Shown here piece after piece: positions 53,617 to 64,000 of a DNA stretch of 64,000 nucleotides (position 1 is the first letter of the stretch; every line of letters begins with the position of its first letter). The DNA lies in NCBI GenBank assembly GCA_963749495.1, contig CAVVMW010000008.1, positions 1 through 64,000 of the forward strand. The letters are read 5' to 3'. Under the pieces are notes generated by a model. The model was not told the DNA's origin, did no database searches, and saw only the letters and a list, made by a program, of their open reading frames with translations. This DNA is from an uncultured bacterium (GTDB lineage: Bacteria; Verrucomicrobiota; Verrucomicrobiia; Limisphaerales; UBA8199). A program made the position numbers and the translations under genes.

Positions 53617-53768
53617 CAATTGTAAATTGACAATTGCAAATTGAAAACTGCACATTCCTGAAAACTATGAACTCGGAAGATTTGTCGGAGCGGCTGTGGC
53701 GGTTCGCGGCCAGGGTGGGAAAAGCAGGTCCAATCTGCAATTTGCAATTCTCAATTTTCAATTTCAAC
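53617..53768 (+). mobile_element. Internally deleted four-helix-bundle gene bracketed by inverted heptamer arrays
   Basis: Left array 53617-53658; MNSEDLSERLWRFAARVGK from 53667; complementary right array 53731-53768. Confidence 0.65.
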
Positions 53769-53774
53769 TCCCCT

Positions 53775-55927
53775 ATGTTCGCGCTTCTCTTGCACCAGAG
53801 GTGGTTTCGGACTTGCACCTGCGCCGCCCTGCTCGTTTCGGGGCTCGCCCCGTTGCCGCTGGGCGGCCAGCCCGTTCCGGCCTCCAGCAGCACCTGGCCC
53901 CAGCCCTACTCCGTCCAGCGGGACGAGGCGCGCGGCGTCCTGGCCCTGCGCACCTCCTTCTACACTGTCGAGCACGACTTAAAACAAGGGGGCGCCATTT
54001 CCCGCATCGCCCTCACGCATGGCCGGGCCGCCAATCTCCTGGCCCGCCCCATCGAGACACGCGTTCGCGACCAGAGCGGCGCCGTGCTGAGCAACCTCAA
54101 GGCTCCCGCCCCCGCGGTCACCCACGCCCGGGATGGCCTGCACGAGGTCGTCACCGTCGAGTGCGCCCTGGCCGATGAGCAAGGACGCGCCTCGGCCCTC
54201 CGCGTCAAGACCACCTTCGATTATCGGTGGGGCTATGTCAGAGTCCACAAAGAGTTCCTCGTTCCGGGCGGCGGCTTTCGCGCCTTGGAGGTTTGCCCGG
54301 TCTCGACCGTGCTCGCCCCCGGCCTCACCGATTACGGCTACCGGGAAGGCACCACGGAGGAGGAGGGCGCTCCGCCTTTCGCCTTCGGGAGCAACCTCTG
54401 GGGAAGGTCGCGCCCGGGCCAATCCGCAGAACCGGCCATCCAGGCGCGCTACATCCCCCGTTCCATGATCTTTGCCGACCCGGGCGTCGAGGGCCTGGAA
54501 TGGTTCGCGGCCTCGGACCTTTCCCAATGGGACCTGCAACTGACTGGACGCCGCGGCCAGGGGCGGTGCCTGCTCGGTCCCAGCCGCCAGCCGCCCGGCC
54601 TGGCGCTCTCGCTCGCCCCGCTCTGGAGCACCAATGGCGCGGTGAGCTTGCCGCGCGCTTGCGTCTTCGATTTCTATTTCGCCGTCCCCCTCATCGAGGG
54701 GCATGCCCTCAAACCCTGGCTGCACACCTCCTTCAACCGCAACCAGGGCAACTGGGTTTCTCCCGAGCAGATCCGCCTCTGGCGCGACCAAGGCTACCAA
54801 ACCGTCCACTGCCACAATGACGGGGATTATTACAACGACGGGCTGTTCTGGCGCGACGGCTCCTACCCGCCCTATCCGGACATGGACCGCTACGACCAGG
54901 CCCTGCGCGAGTGCCGCCGCGCCGGCATCCGCACCGCAACCTATTTCTCCAACAAAGAACTCCACCCCAGCACCCGCGAATTCCAGGAGCACGGCCCAGC
55001 CTGGGGCCGCATGAACCGCAAGGGCGGCCTCCAGCACAACTTCTACCGCCCCCAGAGCGAGTTCGGCGCTCAAATGTGCCTCCGCTCCGGCTGGCTCGAC
55101 TTCCTCAAGCTCTCCATCGACCGCGTCCTCAAGAACAGTCCTCTGGACGGCGTCTATTACGACTGGAACGTCGCCCTGCTCTGCTGCAACCCGCTGCACG
55201 AGGGCCGCAGCGGCGCCAACGCCCCGGCCCAAGGCCATTGGGACATCGATGAACTGCTCAACCTCATGGAATGGACCCGCCAGCGCGTGGGACCCGCGGC
55301 CTCATCATCGTCCACAACACCACCACGCCGATGTTCGCCACCGAGAACTTCGCCGACTACGTGGTGGCGACCGAGTGGGGCTACGGGAAATGGACCGACC
55401 GCGCCCCGCCGCTTCAGGACCTGCCGCTGGAATGGTCGCTGGCAGGCGCGCGCCCCCGGGGCGTCATCAGCTACGGCACCCTCGACAGCCAGGCGCCTCG
55501 CCGCCTGCACCGGCTCTTCGCCATCGAGGCGCTCCTGGGCGGGGTGGCCCCATGGCCCGCCAGCCCGGAGACCTTCGACCTGCTCCCGCGCTTGAAACCA
55601 ATCGGCGACATCGAATCCTGCCGCTTCGCCGATTGGCGAAACCAGGCCGTCAGCCTGTCAGACACCCGCTGCGCCTCCGCCATTTACAGCCGCCCGGGCG
55701 AGGCCTGGCTGCTGCTGGCCAACCTTGAAAAGGACCCCCGCCAGGTCACCTGCCGGCTCCAGCCCGACAAGCTTCCATGCCCCCTGGCCCGTCCGCTCTC
55801 CACCGCCAGCCTGGTGGCCGGGCCGGCCCAGGCCGCCGCCCCCGCTCTGGACGCCCGCCAGTTGTCCGGCCCCGGCATCCAGATCACCATCCCCGGCGAC
55901 AACGCCCTCCTGATCCAGGTTCGCTAG
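53775..55927 (+). CDS. Exported glycoside-hydrolase-like protein of unknown family, frameshift near 55295
   Basis: Signal-like leader; beta-rich N-domain; MCLRSGW...DGVYYDW TIM-barrel-like motifs. Confidence 0.65.
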
Positions 55928-55977
55928 GCCCACTAAATCCGAACAACCAACATGGGCACACACATGAGGGTTTTGGA

Positions 55978-56057
55978 CCTTTGTCGCGGCCTTTGTCGCG
56001 GCCTTTGCCGAATGTGGATTCTCTCGACAAAGGAGGCGACAAAGGCTGCGACAAAGG
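55978..56057. repeat. Inverted pair of 12-mer tandem arrays
   Basis: (CCTTTGTCGCGG)n versus (...CGACAAAGG)n, three units each. Confidence 0.8.
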
Positions 56058-56104
56058 TTGTGCCAATGGTTACGTGGTTCGATTTAGCTAGGCCCAACCT
56101 CCTA

Positions 56105-56172
56105 TATGTTGGCGAAGTGCCCAAACTCAAAGCCTGTTATTCTCAAGGCAGAACCATTGACGAACTCCTTTC
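56105..56172 (+). pseudogene. HicB antitoxin fragment
   Basis: YVGEVPKLKACYSQGRTIDELL. Confidence 0.65.
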
Positions 56173-56236
56173 ACGACCCCGCCACGCTTTGGAGGCGGGA
56201 GGCGGCGTCGGAGCCCTGAGTATGATTGAGCGCCGG

Positions 56237-56400
56237 CCAGGGCATCGAGACCTGGTAGCGGCGGAGGTACTGGTCGTATGCGCTGGTGACGGCCAGGCCG
56301 CTCAGCAGGTGGTAGCCGCCGTAGGTTTCGCTGAGCAATTGATTGGCGTCGTCGAAGGCGAGGGTGACGAGGCCAGTGGCGCCCTGGGTGACGGTGGCCG
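56237..56400 (-). pseudogene. RHS/YD-repeat protein fragment
   Basis: Manual translation: LAFDDANQLLSETYGG...GLAVTSAYDQYLRR. Confidence 0.55.
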
Positions 56401-56453
56401 GGCGCCCGCGCCATGGGAAAAGTTATAGACCCCTTTCTGGTCGCACCTCGCGA

Positions 56454-59400
56454 CTATTTGCCGAACCTTGCTAGTGCCTGTTCAACGTCCAGCGCCCAGA
56501 CGGTACCCGCAGACCGGTTTCTGACCACCTCCTCCCACGCGTGGACGATGGTCCGGCTGTCCGCAGACCAGTAAAAGGTCCCGACAACGCCTTCCAGCAG
56601 TTTCTCCACTTTGCCGCTATCCACGTGCAGCACGAACAGCCTGTAGGGTTCCATCAACTTGGCTCCGTTGAACGCGAGACTCTTGCCATCCGGCGACCAG
56701 CAGAGCCAATCGGCAAAGTCCACCCCCAAGTCTGCCAATGTGACCATCGTGCGCGGAGGGCCCCGGTGACGGGCACCGCCCAGATCTGGCCGGCGAATCC
56801 GACGACGATTTCTCGCCCCTTAGGTGTCCAGGTGTAATTACGTGCGCAGCCGTAGGGCCCGAGCATCAAGGTCCTTGCCTCGCCGCCCGAGGCAGGGACG
56901 ACTCGAAGCGCATTGGCGGAGTGCGAGGCCAGCCTTTCGGTACAAGCCAGCAGCGTTCCATCTGGCGACCACTCGAGCCAGTCCATCCCCGCTTTTCGGT
57001 CCGAATTGCGGGTGACCTGGACCGGGTGCCCCCCGCCAGCAGGGATGATCCAAAGCTCGTTCTGATGGATGGTGGCGAGCTTGGTGCTATCCGGAGACCA
57101 ACTCGCAGGCAAGAGGGCATTGCCGACAAAATCGCTGTTTCGATTGCTGAGCACTTTTCTGGCGGGTCCGGTCGCGCGGCGTTTGGTGAGGGAGACAGGT
57201 GCAACCCAGAGATCCTCGGTGCTCATGTTCGTGCAGGCGGAAAGAAGCAGTCTCTTGCCGTCAGGGGAGAGTGACCGGGGGGCGACATCCCCGGGGATGG
57301 AAACGTCCCACTCGAGCTCCGATGGTTTGAGGCCGGAGAGCGGAAGAATCCAGAGGCGCGACGGCCACGGGGTTGGCTCGTTTGCTTGCCCGCCAGGGAC
57401 GACGATCAGCTTGCTGTCGGGAGACCAGAACAAGTCGTGGGGGACAAGCCACAGCTCTCGACCGAGGTACCGGGAAGTGCCGTCAACGACGGAGAGTGCT
57501 TTGAGCACATTGCGCTCATGGTACGAAGTGCGGTAAAAGAGCAGGCTCTTTCCTTCGGGCGACCAGCCAAAAGGAGTTAGCCCATCCTGTGGTGGCACGA
57601 CCTCAAAAGACCGCTGGTCTGTCAGCCGGGTGAAACGCAGTTTGCCTTCTATGGCCCGCAACAGCCACTGGAGGTCCGGCAACCATAACAACGGCTCGCC
57701 CTCCTCACTGACTTGCCGCGGCGTTCCGCCCTCGGCTGGGATCGTCCAACCACGGCAGTTGACCCGCAACGCGGCGTCCCCACTTTTGTAGGCAATGGTC
57801 TTGCCGTCGGTGGACCACACTGGGCTGCTGTGGAGGCCCGGCTCCGAGGTGAGCTGCCGGAGTCGCCGATCACGAATGAACAGGATATGAAGCTGGCTGT
57901 TCGTTTCGGCTTCCCGTTTCTCGAAGACGATCTGTTCCGAGTCCGGCAACCAGCTCGGACTGGTGGTGTTCGAGAAGTCGCCGTCCAGAAGCTTGCTGGC
58001 CGGTCCGGTGGGCCGCCCCGAATCTGATGAAACCGGGACGAGCCAAAGAGCCTCGTGCTGCACCTGGCAGGCGATGCGCTTGCCATCCGGTGACCACGAC
58101 CCGCGAAAGGCACCGCGAATGTCCACGAGGTCAAACGCCGGGCTGCCATCCACCGGGAAAACGCGCAGATGGGTGAGTTTGCCGTAATCCAGTGAACCTC
58201 CCGGTACGCTGCTGAGCAGAAACTTCCCATTCGGTGAAATGGCGAGGTCAATGACATACTCAATGACGTCGTTCGTCCCGGAAATGGCCGCAACCCGCTT
58301 GTATTCCGGGCCGTCTTTTGGGAAGACGATCACCCGTTCGTCTGGCGGCGGCGCCTCCTTTTTCGCGGCTCGGCTGGGCCGCCCACCCGGCTTGGTGACG
58401 ACGGGTTCAGCCGCCGCGGCATTGGCCGCGGCCTGGCCGCCGCTCTGCGCATCGGTCAGTGTGATCAACCCGAAGGCCGGCGAACAGCGAAGCCGCCAAC
58501 ACCGACCAGCGTGACGTTTTCTTGAATTGTGCGATCATATTGATCCTCCGTTTCATTTGGTTTTTGTCTTCCAGAATTCCGACCAGGCCCGGCACGGCTG
58601 CCGGGCGCGCGAGACTCTCCAGTAGTTTGATGATGGTCTGGCCGTAAGGCTGGTTCTCTTCCTCCTTCACCAGTGAAAGCGCCAGAGCGTCGCAGGCCAG
58701 TTCGCGGTCGGCGCGCATCCGGGAAAAGGCGAACCAGATCACGGGATTGAACCAGTGCGCGATCTGCACCACGGTCATCAGCCAGTTCACGGGCACGTCG
58801 CCGCGCCGGACGTGCGACAGCTCGTGCAGAAACACGTGGCGCAGTTCCGCCGGAGAGAAAGTGGCGGCCATTCTCGGCGGCAGCAACAGCTTCACCCGAA
58901 AGCAGCCAAACAACGCCGGGCTGTCCACTTCTGGAGTTTCGACCACGGCCAACGACGGACGAACACCCGCCACTTGACGGCACTCCTCGAACAGGCCAAG
59001 CACGGTGGGGTCGCTGACCAGAGGACGACGGCGCAGCCGGCGGGCGAAACCGTAGTTGCCCAAACTCAGCCGGGCCCCCAGGAACAAGACCCCTGCCAGC
59101 CAGGTTCCGAGCGCGATCCAAAGACCATATGTTGGGTAGGCACTGGTCTGCGAGGGTGGTAAGGCTGTTGCGCTGGCAGAGGCCGGAGCCGGCGGAGACT
59201 CGGTCCGAGCCGGGCGGTTGCCGGAGCAGTGCCAGGCGAACCAGGTGCCGGACTTCGAGGCAAATCCTCCTTCCCGGAAGCGTGTCCTTGCTTCCGAGAA
59301 CCCCGATTCAACCAGGAATCAAATAGCGCTCCCTTCTTCGCCATTGGCTCAACTTTGGCGAGGTTGAAGACGCTGAAGGGCGTTGCCGGAGCCACCGGCA

Positions 59401-59569
59401 GCAACAACCGAATCAGCACCAGCCACCAGAGCGCGTGGCGCCATTGCGGCGTGAGGCGGGCGCGGAAGAGCCACTGCGCCAGCAGGACCAGCAAAACCAG
59501 CACCGATGCCTGCCAGGTGGCCCGCCAGAGCCAATTCAGACCCGACTCCAGAACGTAGGTCGCATTCAT
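56454..59569 (-). CDS. BlaR1/MecR1 M56 peptidase sensor with TolB-like beta-propeller repeats; three frameshifts
   Basis: HELSH, HWFNP and RELACD motifs; many WSPDG repeats; four ORF pieces. Confidence 0.88.
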
Positions 59570-59570
59570 C

Positions 59571-59945
59571 TCACCCCTGCTTTCGTTCCAACATGCGCTT
59601 CAGCTCCTCCAGATCCGCGGCCGTCAGCCGCTGCCTCTTCACGAAATGCACGAGCAGCGGCTTGACCGATCCGCCGAAAAGCCGCTGCAGAAACAACTCG
59701 CTCTCGGCGTGGACACAGTCCTCCTCCGATACCAATGGGTAGTAGAGGTACAGGTTCTTGTATTTCTTGACGCCCAGGGCCTTCTTCTTGTGCAAGCGGC
59801 TGAGGATGGTCTTGATGGTGTTGGGGTGCCAGTCCTCGCTCTTTCCCAGGACTTCGATGATGTCGTAGGCGCCTTGCGGCGACTTGGCCCACAGGAGCTT
59901 CATGACTTTCCATTCGGCCTCGGAGATGCATGGAATCTTGGCCAT
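59571..59945 (-). CDS. BlaI/MecI/CopY repressor
   Basis: ISEAEWKVMKLLW; NTIKTILSRL. Confidence 0.93.
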   Translation of the reverse strand: MAKIPCISEAEWKVMKLLWAKSPQGAYDIIEVLGKSEDWHPNTIKTILSRLHKKKALGVKKYKNLYLYYPLVSEEDCVHAESELFLQRLFGGSVKPLLVHFVKRQRLTAADLEELKRMLERKQG

Positions 59946-59975
59946 AGACTTGATAGTAACTATTGATATCGTCTA

Positions 59976-60005
59976 ACAAACTACACGTATAGTCGAAATA
60001 GTCAA
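59976..60005 (-). promoter_or_regulatory. Putative BlaI-type operator and promoter
   Basis: Near-palindrome ACTACACGTATAGT (59980-59993), one mismatch from TACA-N2-TGTA, just downstream of TTGACT. Confidence 0.65.
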
Positions 60006-60314
60006 GCAGAAAAATGCGAAGCGGTTTACCCCACGACTTGGGCACGCCTCCGGAGCGGAGCGTGTGGGGTTGCCGAGCAGGGGGGACCTCTCGCGCCTCG
60101 CGTGCGGGAACCGGCGGTTCTGGGGGACGCCCCAGACGCTGGGGCGCCGAGCGGCTGGCACGCTTTCTGCCCGACCGGTGCATTTGTGAAATCAGTTCTT
60201 AGTTTGCGTAATTCATTCACCGCTTGTTTTTCTTCTCCCTTCCCTGCCAACAGAGCAGGCGAACCAGGTGGGTTTTTGTGCCCATGTGCAGCGCCTTCGC
60301 GACCCAGGCCAGCG

Positions 60315-60443
60315 TCATGGCGTCACCCGGACGGCCGGGTCGTCACTGTCCTGGTCATCCCCGAAGATCGGCTCCTGCCGGTCGCCCGGGTTCATGACGT
60401 GATAGATTGCCCCAGGGTATTGGATGCGCAATTTCCGGGCCAT
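60315..60443 (-). pseudogene. REP-associated tyrosine transposase (RAYT/Y1) N-terminal stump
   Basis: Manual translation: MARKLRIQYPGAIYHVMNPGDRQEPIFGDDQD. Confidence 0.8.
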
Positions 60444-60763
60444 GCGTCCAGACTACCCCCCACCCCCCCTCTGTCGTCTCAAAACATTACATTCTCATTG
60501 ACCCCTTTATGACCCCTCGGCTCGGCTGTCCCAAGATACCCTCCTCGCGGGCGGTGGTGTCGAGGCAGGCCGACAACCCTTCCCAGTCCAAGCGCCGGGA
60601 GGCAGCCAGAGCGGGGTCCTCGGTTTGGCTGGCCAGCTCGTCATGCAGGCACAGGATGTCGTCGCTCCCGTCGGGGTTTACGACAACTTTTACAAGCAGC
60701 TTCTTGGGGAAAATGGCGGCCACAGTGACCGGGCCGACCGCCGGCTCCGGCGGTATCGTTCGC

Positions 60764-61957
60764 TCATGGAGGCAACTGGCTTTTGACCCGGTAAAAGGCG
60801 CCGGATGAAGTGCCGCTCAGGGGCTCGGACCAATTCGTGCTCGCGGTCGTGCTGAGGAAAGTGAACACACTCGTCCACGCGCTTGCTGCCTTCAGATCGA
60901 AGGAACGCTCGACCTGGTTCGTAATCCCGATCGGGCAATCAAGAATGTCGAACGTTATCATCCCGTTGGCAACGGCCACCCCGCTCAACAAGGGCTGCGT
61001 TGGAGCGATGCACTCGAACGAAATGTCGCTGCTCATGGCGCCGGCCCATCCCCCGGCGTATTGCCCCCCGCTCCCGTGAAAGGACTCTTCCGTGAGGGTC
61101 ATCCGGGCGTCATACTCGCCGGGCGCCAGGTGGATGCCACCTACCGGCAGGCGCTCCCACTCGCCGAAGATACTTATGGTGGTCTGAGGGTAATCCGCCG
61201 CATAAGCCGGTTGGGATGTTGACGGGGTAAAAGTGCTGGTTTGAAGCGGTCCGTCCGCCGGGTCGCGCGCGCGCTCGATGGTCTTCCAGAGCACATGATA
61301 ACTGCTGTTCGCTTCGAACGACAGCGCAACGTTGCCTTGGCTGTCAGTGATGAAGTACGCCAACACCCAATATCCCGTAAACTGATAGTGCTTCCCGGTC
61401 GGACTGGTCGAGTCAGCCACGTCCCGCCGGGCAAAATAGGTCGTATCGTTCGGGGTTGGCGCATAGCCAGTGCCCTTGTCGTTGAGGTTCGCCCCGTTCA
61501 CCCAGCCGGCGCCATTCCACTCTTCCTGCCACCAGCGGCCCACCAGGCCGATGCGCTCGCTGTCGGCGGTTCCCGGCGTGCCCTCCAGCTTGAGCTGGTA
61601 GGCGAAATTGGGTTTCAGGTTCGTTGCTGCCACCACGCCCCGCAAGCTTTGCGCAGGCGTCTCAAACGTGACCTGCACCTGGGCCTTCGTGTAATTGTAG
61701 CTGCCGCGGTAAGCGGCGCTGTAGGCCTGGTCTGCGACATCAAGCCATCGATAGTTGCCGGTCGGAGAGGGTGAGCCGGACTCAATATCCGTCAGCGTAA
61801 TAGTGGCGCCGAGCGCACTGCCGCCAGAAGCAACCAGACAGGCGCTCAACCCCAGCAAGACCCTGATTCCAGCACTGATCGGAAATTGCTTTTTTGCCGC
61901 GCCGCGAGTTATTGACGCTTCGCGGGTGAGGGAGAATTGGTTTCCGGTCCCGCTCAT
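60764..61957 (-). CDS. Exported hypothetical protein
   Basis: Hydrophobic leader; aromatic-rich core; C-terminal AFYRVK beta-domain. Confidence 0.65.
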   Translation of the reverse strand: MSGTGNQFSLTREASITRGAAKKQFPISAGIRVLLGLSACLVASGGSALGATITLTDIESGSPSPTGNYRWLDVADQAYSAAYRGSYNYTKAQVQVTFETPAQSLRGVVAATNLKPNFAYQLKLEGTPGTADSERIGLVGRWWQEEWNGAGWVNGANLNDKGTGYAPTPNDTTYFARRDVADSTSPTGKHYQFTGYWVLAYFITDSQGNVALSFEANSSYHVLWKTIERARDPADGPLQTSTFTPSTSQPAYAADYPQTTISIFGEWERLPVGGIHLAPGEYDARMTLTEESFHGSGGQYAGGWAGAMSSDISFECIAPTQPLLSGVAVANGMITFDILDCPIGITNQVERSFDLKAASAWTSVFTFLSTTASTNWSEPLSGTSSGAFYRVKSQLPP

Positions 61958-62215
61958 TTTCTTTTGATGCTGCCAGACGGGGACCAGGCTGTCAACAGGC
62001 AGGTGTTGCCGGTTTCTCGCCGGTTTGGGCGCAGCTCGGGGGCGCTGGCGCGTGGTCGCGCCTGAGGACTGGCCCAGCGGCTGAAAGTTGCGCGGCGGAG
62101 GAGCCGGTTGTCGGCCGACCTGGCCGCGGAGATCCGCGTCCGAGTAAACGCTCGCCTCGAATCCAGCCTTCCAGAGGACGATTGTCAATCGGTGAGCACG
62201 TTTTTGCCCCGCGCC

Positions 62216-62313
62216 CTTTCAGGGCGCGCCTAATCTCCCTGGGGCATGGTCCCAGGGCATCGGCCTGGCGGCCTCAGCCCTGGGCTAGGCTCTGCCGGCC
62301 CTTTGGGCCGGAG
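62216..62313. repeat. Family A repeat copy
   Basis: Reverse complement of 29052-29150 (2 mismatches in the first 63 bp). Confidence 0.88.
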
Positions 62314-62355
62314 AGTTGTCAGGTTGGATGAAGTCTTCTCAGCGCTGGCCGGCGC

Positions 62356-63051
62356 TCATGGGAGTAGGCGGTTCTCCCACACGTAGCGAACGAGTTCGGC
62401 GCTGGTATCCATACTCATCTTGCCAAGAATGCGTGAGCGGTAGGTGCTCACGGTGTTCCCGCTCAAAGACAAGTCCACCGCCGCTTCCTTTACGGTCCTG
62501 CCGGCCCCGATGAGCAGGAGCACCTGCATCTCCCGATCGGAGAGCGCCTCGTGCGGGGGCCCCTCGCGCGCGGCGCTCAACTCCGCAGCCAAGTGTTGGG
62601 CCAGCGTCTCACTCACGTACCGCTCGCCCTCCAGGGTCTTGCGCACTGCCCGGACCATTTCCACCGGGGCGCTGGAATCGGCCAGGTAGCCCGACGCGCC
62701 GGCCCGGAAGGCGCGCGCCGCATATTGATGCTCCGGATACGTGCTCAGCATCAGCACCGGCAATTCCGGGCGCTGAGCTTTGATGGCCTTCATGGCCTCC
62801 AATCCGCTGCGACCGGGCAGGGGCAGGGCCAGGATGACCAGGTCCCAGCACCGGCCCAGGGCCATCCCAATGCCTTCCGCCGCGTTGCCGGCCTCGCCGA
62901 AGCTCACCCGGTGGAATTCCTCGGCCAGGACCCGCTTCAGACCCTCGCGCACCAGCGTGTGATCATCCACAATCAGTATCCGCAAACCTGGTTCTACCCG
63001 GCGCGACCGGAAGGCAACTCCGGGTCTCTCTTTGACATCAATCGCCAACAT
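62356..63051 (-). CDS. NarL/LuxR-family response regulator with atypical receiver
   Basis: ILIVDDH; LSDREMQV HTH; Ala at the phosphoacceptor position; true start probably further downstream. Confidence 0.88.
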   Translation of the reverse strand: MLAIDVKERPGVAFRSRRVEPGLRILIVDDHTLVREGLKRVLAEEFHRVSFGEAGNAAEGIGMALGRCWDLVILALPLPGRSGLEAMKAIKAQRPELPVLMLSTYPEHQYAARAFRAGASGYLADSSAPVEMVRAVRKTLEGERYVSETLAQHLAAELSAAREGPPHEALSDREMQVLLLIGAGRTVKEAAVDLSLSGNTVSTYRSRILGKMSMDTSAELVRYVWENRLLP

Positions 63052-63135
63052 GCGGGCAGGATTCTATTCCATGTGCCCCGGCCCATCTACAGAGTTTAAG
63101 TAACATTCGCCTGTTGCAGAGGTTCAAGTCGGGAT

Positions 63136-63550
63136 GCGGCCCAGCGGGCCGCCAGAGCCTAGCCCAGGGCTGAGGCCGCCAGGCCGATGCCCTGGGTTTC
63201 GGCACAACCGGGGACCGGGCGTCCGGAAGGGGCGCAAGAGCGCCTCTGGCTCTCCATGAACCGAAAAACGCATCCGTTGATTTCCAACGACTTACGCGTT
63301 TTGGGTTCATGGTCCCAATGCATGCGCAAAAGCGAAAGGAGGCTCCCCATGAACCTGGATTGGTCTTGGCGTCCACCCGGACGGGGAGAGCGCGGGAAAA
63401 CCGCGCACTCCAGACGCTTCGCGAAATGGGGCGCGTGGCCCCAATCGCGAAGCGTCTGGAGTGCGGAGCATTCCGCCGCTCTGCTCCGAGGCATTCGCAC
63501 GAGCCAAGGTTCAGGCCCTCAATGCGCGCAAGTTCTTTGGGGGAATTCTC
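63136..63550. repeat. Composite REP cluster
   Basis: Family A copy; GGTTCATGG/CCATGAACC units; GCACTCCAGACGCTTCGCG inverted pair. Confidence 0.8.
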
Positions 63551-63588
63551 TCAGGCTGGGCCAATGGTTGAGAGGCCCATTCCCCGTA

Positions 63589-63909
63589 TCAAGCGAAATT
63601 GAAGTTTTTGCGAATCCCGCTTTCGCCCGCCCTGCGCAGTAGTCTCAGGAAGCGGCTGCACTCGGAGACGCGCGTTTGGCGCCGTATCACTACGATGATG
63701 CCCGCGTGAGCATTGTGCGCGGCCAGCTCCAGGAAATGCCCGCGGTTGCAGGTAACCAACACCGCCCCATGAGCGTGCGCAAAGGCGAGCACGGCAGCAT
63801 CTTCGGATTCTCGCGGAAGCAGTTCGCGCAACCGGGTGGCCCTATGACCCGCCTGCGTAGCGACCCGCGCGATCGCGTCGGGCACATCATTGTCCAACAG
63901 AAAAGTCAC
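63589..63909 (-). CDS. DUF5615 PIN-like toxin
   Basis: FLLDNDVP...DAAVL...LVTCN. Confidence 0.8.
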   Translation of the reverse strand: MTFLLDNDVPDAIARVATQAGHRATRLRELLPRESEDAAVLAFAHAHGAVLVTCNRGHFLELAAHNAHAGIIVVIRRQTRVSECSRFLRLLRRAGESGIRKNFNFA

Positions 63910-64000
63910 GCCTCAGCTTCCGACATCTGGCTGGCGACGAGGTAATCGATTTCCGCCATGTGATCCTCGTAGTAGGCAAGACATTCATAGACCTGGGCTC
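63906..64000 (-). CDS. DUF433-like antitoxin, 5'-partial
   Basis: AQVYECLAYYEDHMAEID; GTGA overlap with the toxin start. Confidence 0.75.
   Translation of the reverse strand, partial: AQVYECLAYYEDHMAEIDYLVASQMSEAEA

Noticed and set aside
51549..53768. Diversity-generating retroelement suggested by Avd-like genes and duplicated sequence
   Set aside because: No reverse transcriptase in the window, and the differences between the duplicates are not adenine-specific
60487..60723. Small hypothetical ORF
   Set aside because: No motif or clear start signal

Overview
GC-rich bacterial genomic window. Gene content and repeat styles suggest Verrucomicrobiota subdivision 3 (inference). Frequent single-base frameshifts in ordinary genes suggest an unpolished long-read assembly. 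In order, it contains: an RND efflux operon; a DUF4338-fused ISAs1 element; glycogen phosphorylase; a CheB-CheR-PAS-histidine kinase with in-frame heptamer arrays; a collapsed defence island (AbiE pair, Cap4/DUF4297 nuclease chimera, BREX-2 PglX stump); a nine-gene ars operon that also carries a MacB/LolCDE-type ABC transporter, a Cys-tailed exported protein and an ArsD-AhpD fusion; hydrolases and a GH36; a cluster of apparently exported sugar-acid enzymes; a tandemly duplicated unit of RadC-N(HhH) + Zn-finger DNA methyltransferase-nuclease next to heptamer-flanked four-helix-bundle remnants; a BlaI/BlaR1-beta-propeller pair; a RAYT remnant; and toxin-antitoxin genes. Intergenic DNA is dense with REP-like palindromes, short tandem arrays and gene stumps. 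The best candidates for undescribed biology are the duplicated RadC-N/MTase-nuclease unit with complementary lesions, the heptamer-flanked four-helix-bundle element, and the extra ABC/Cys-rich module in the ars operon. All family calls come from motif recognition only; no database searches were run.
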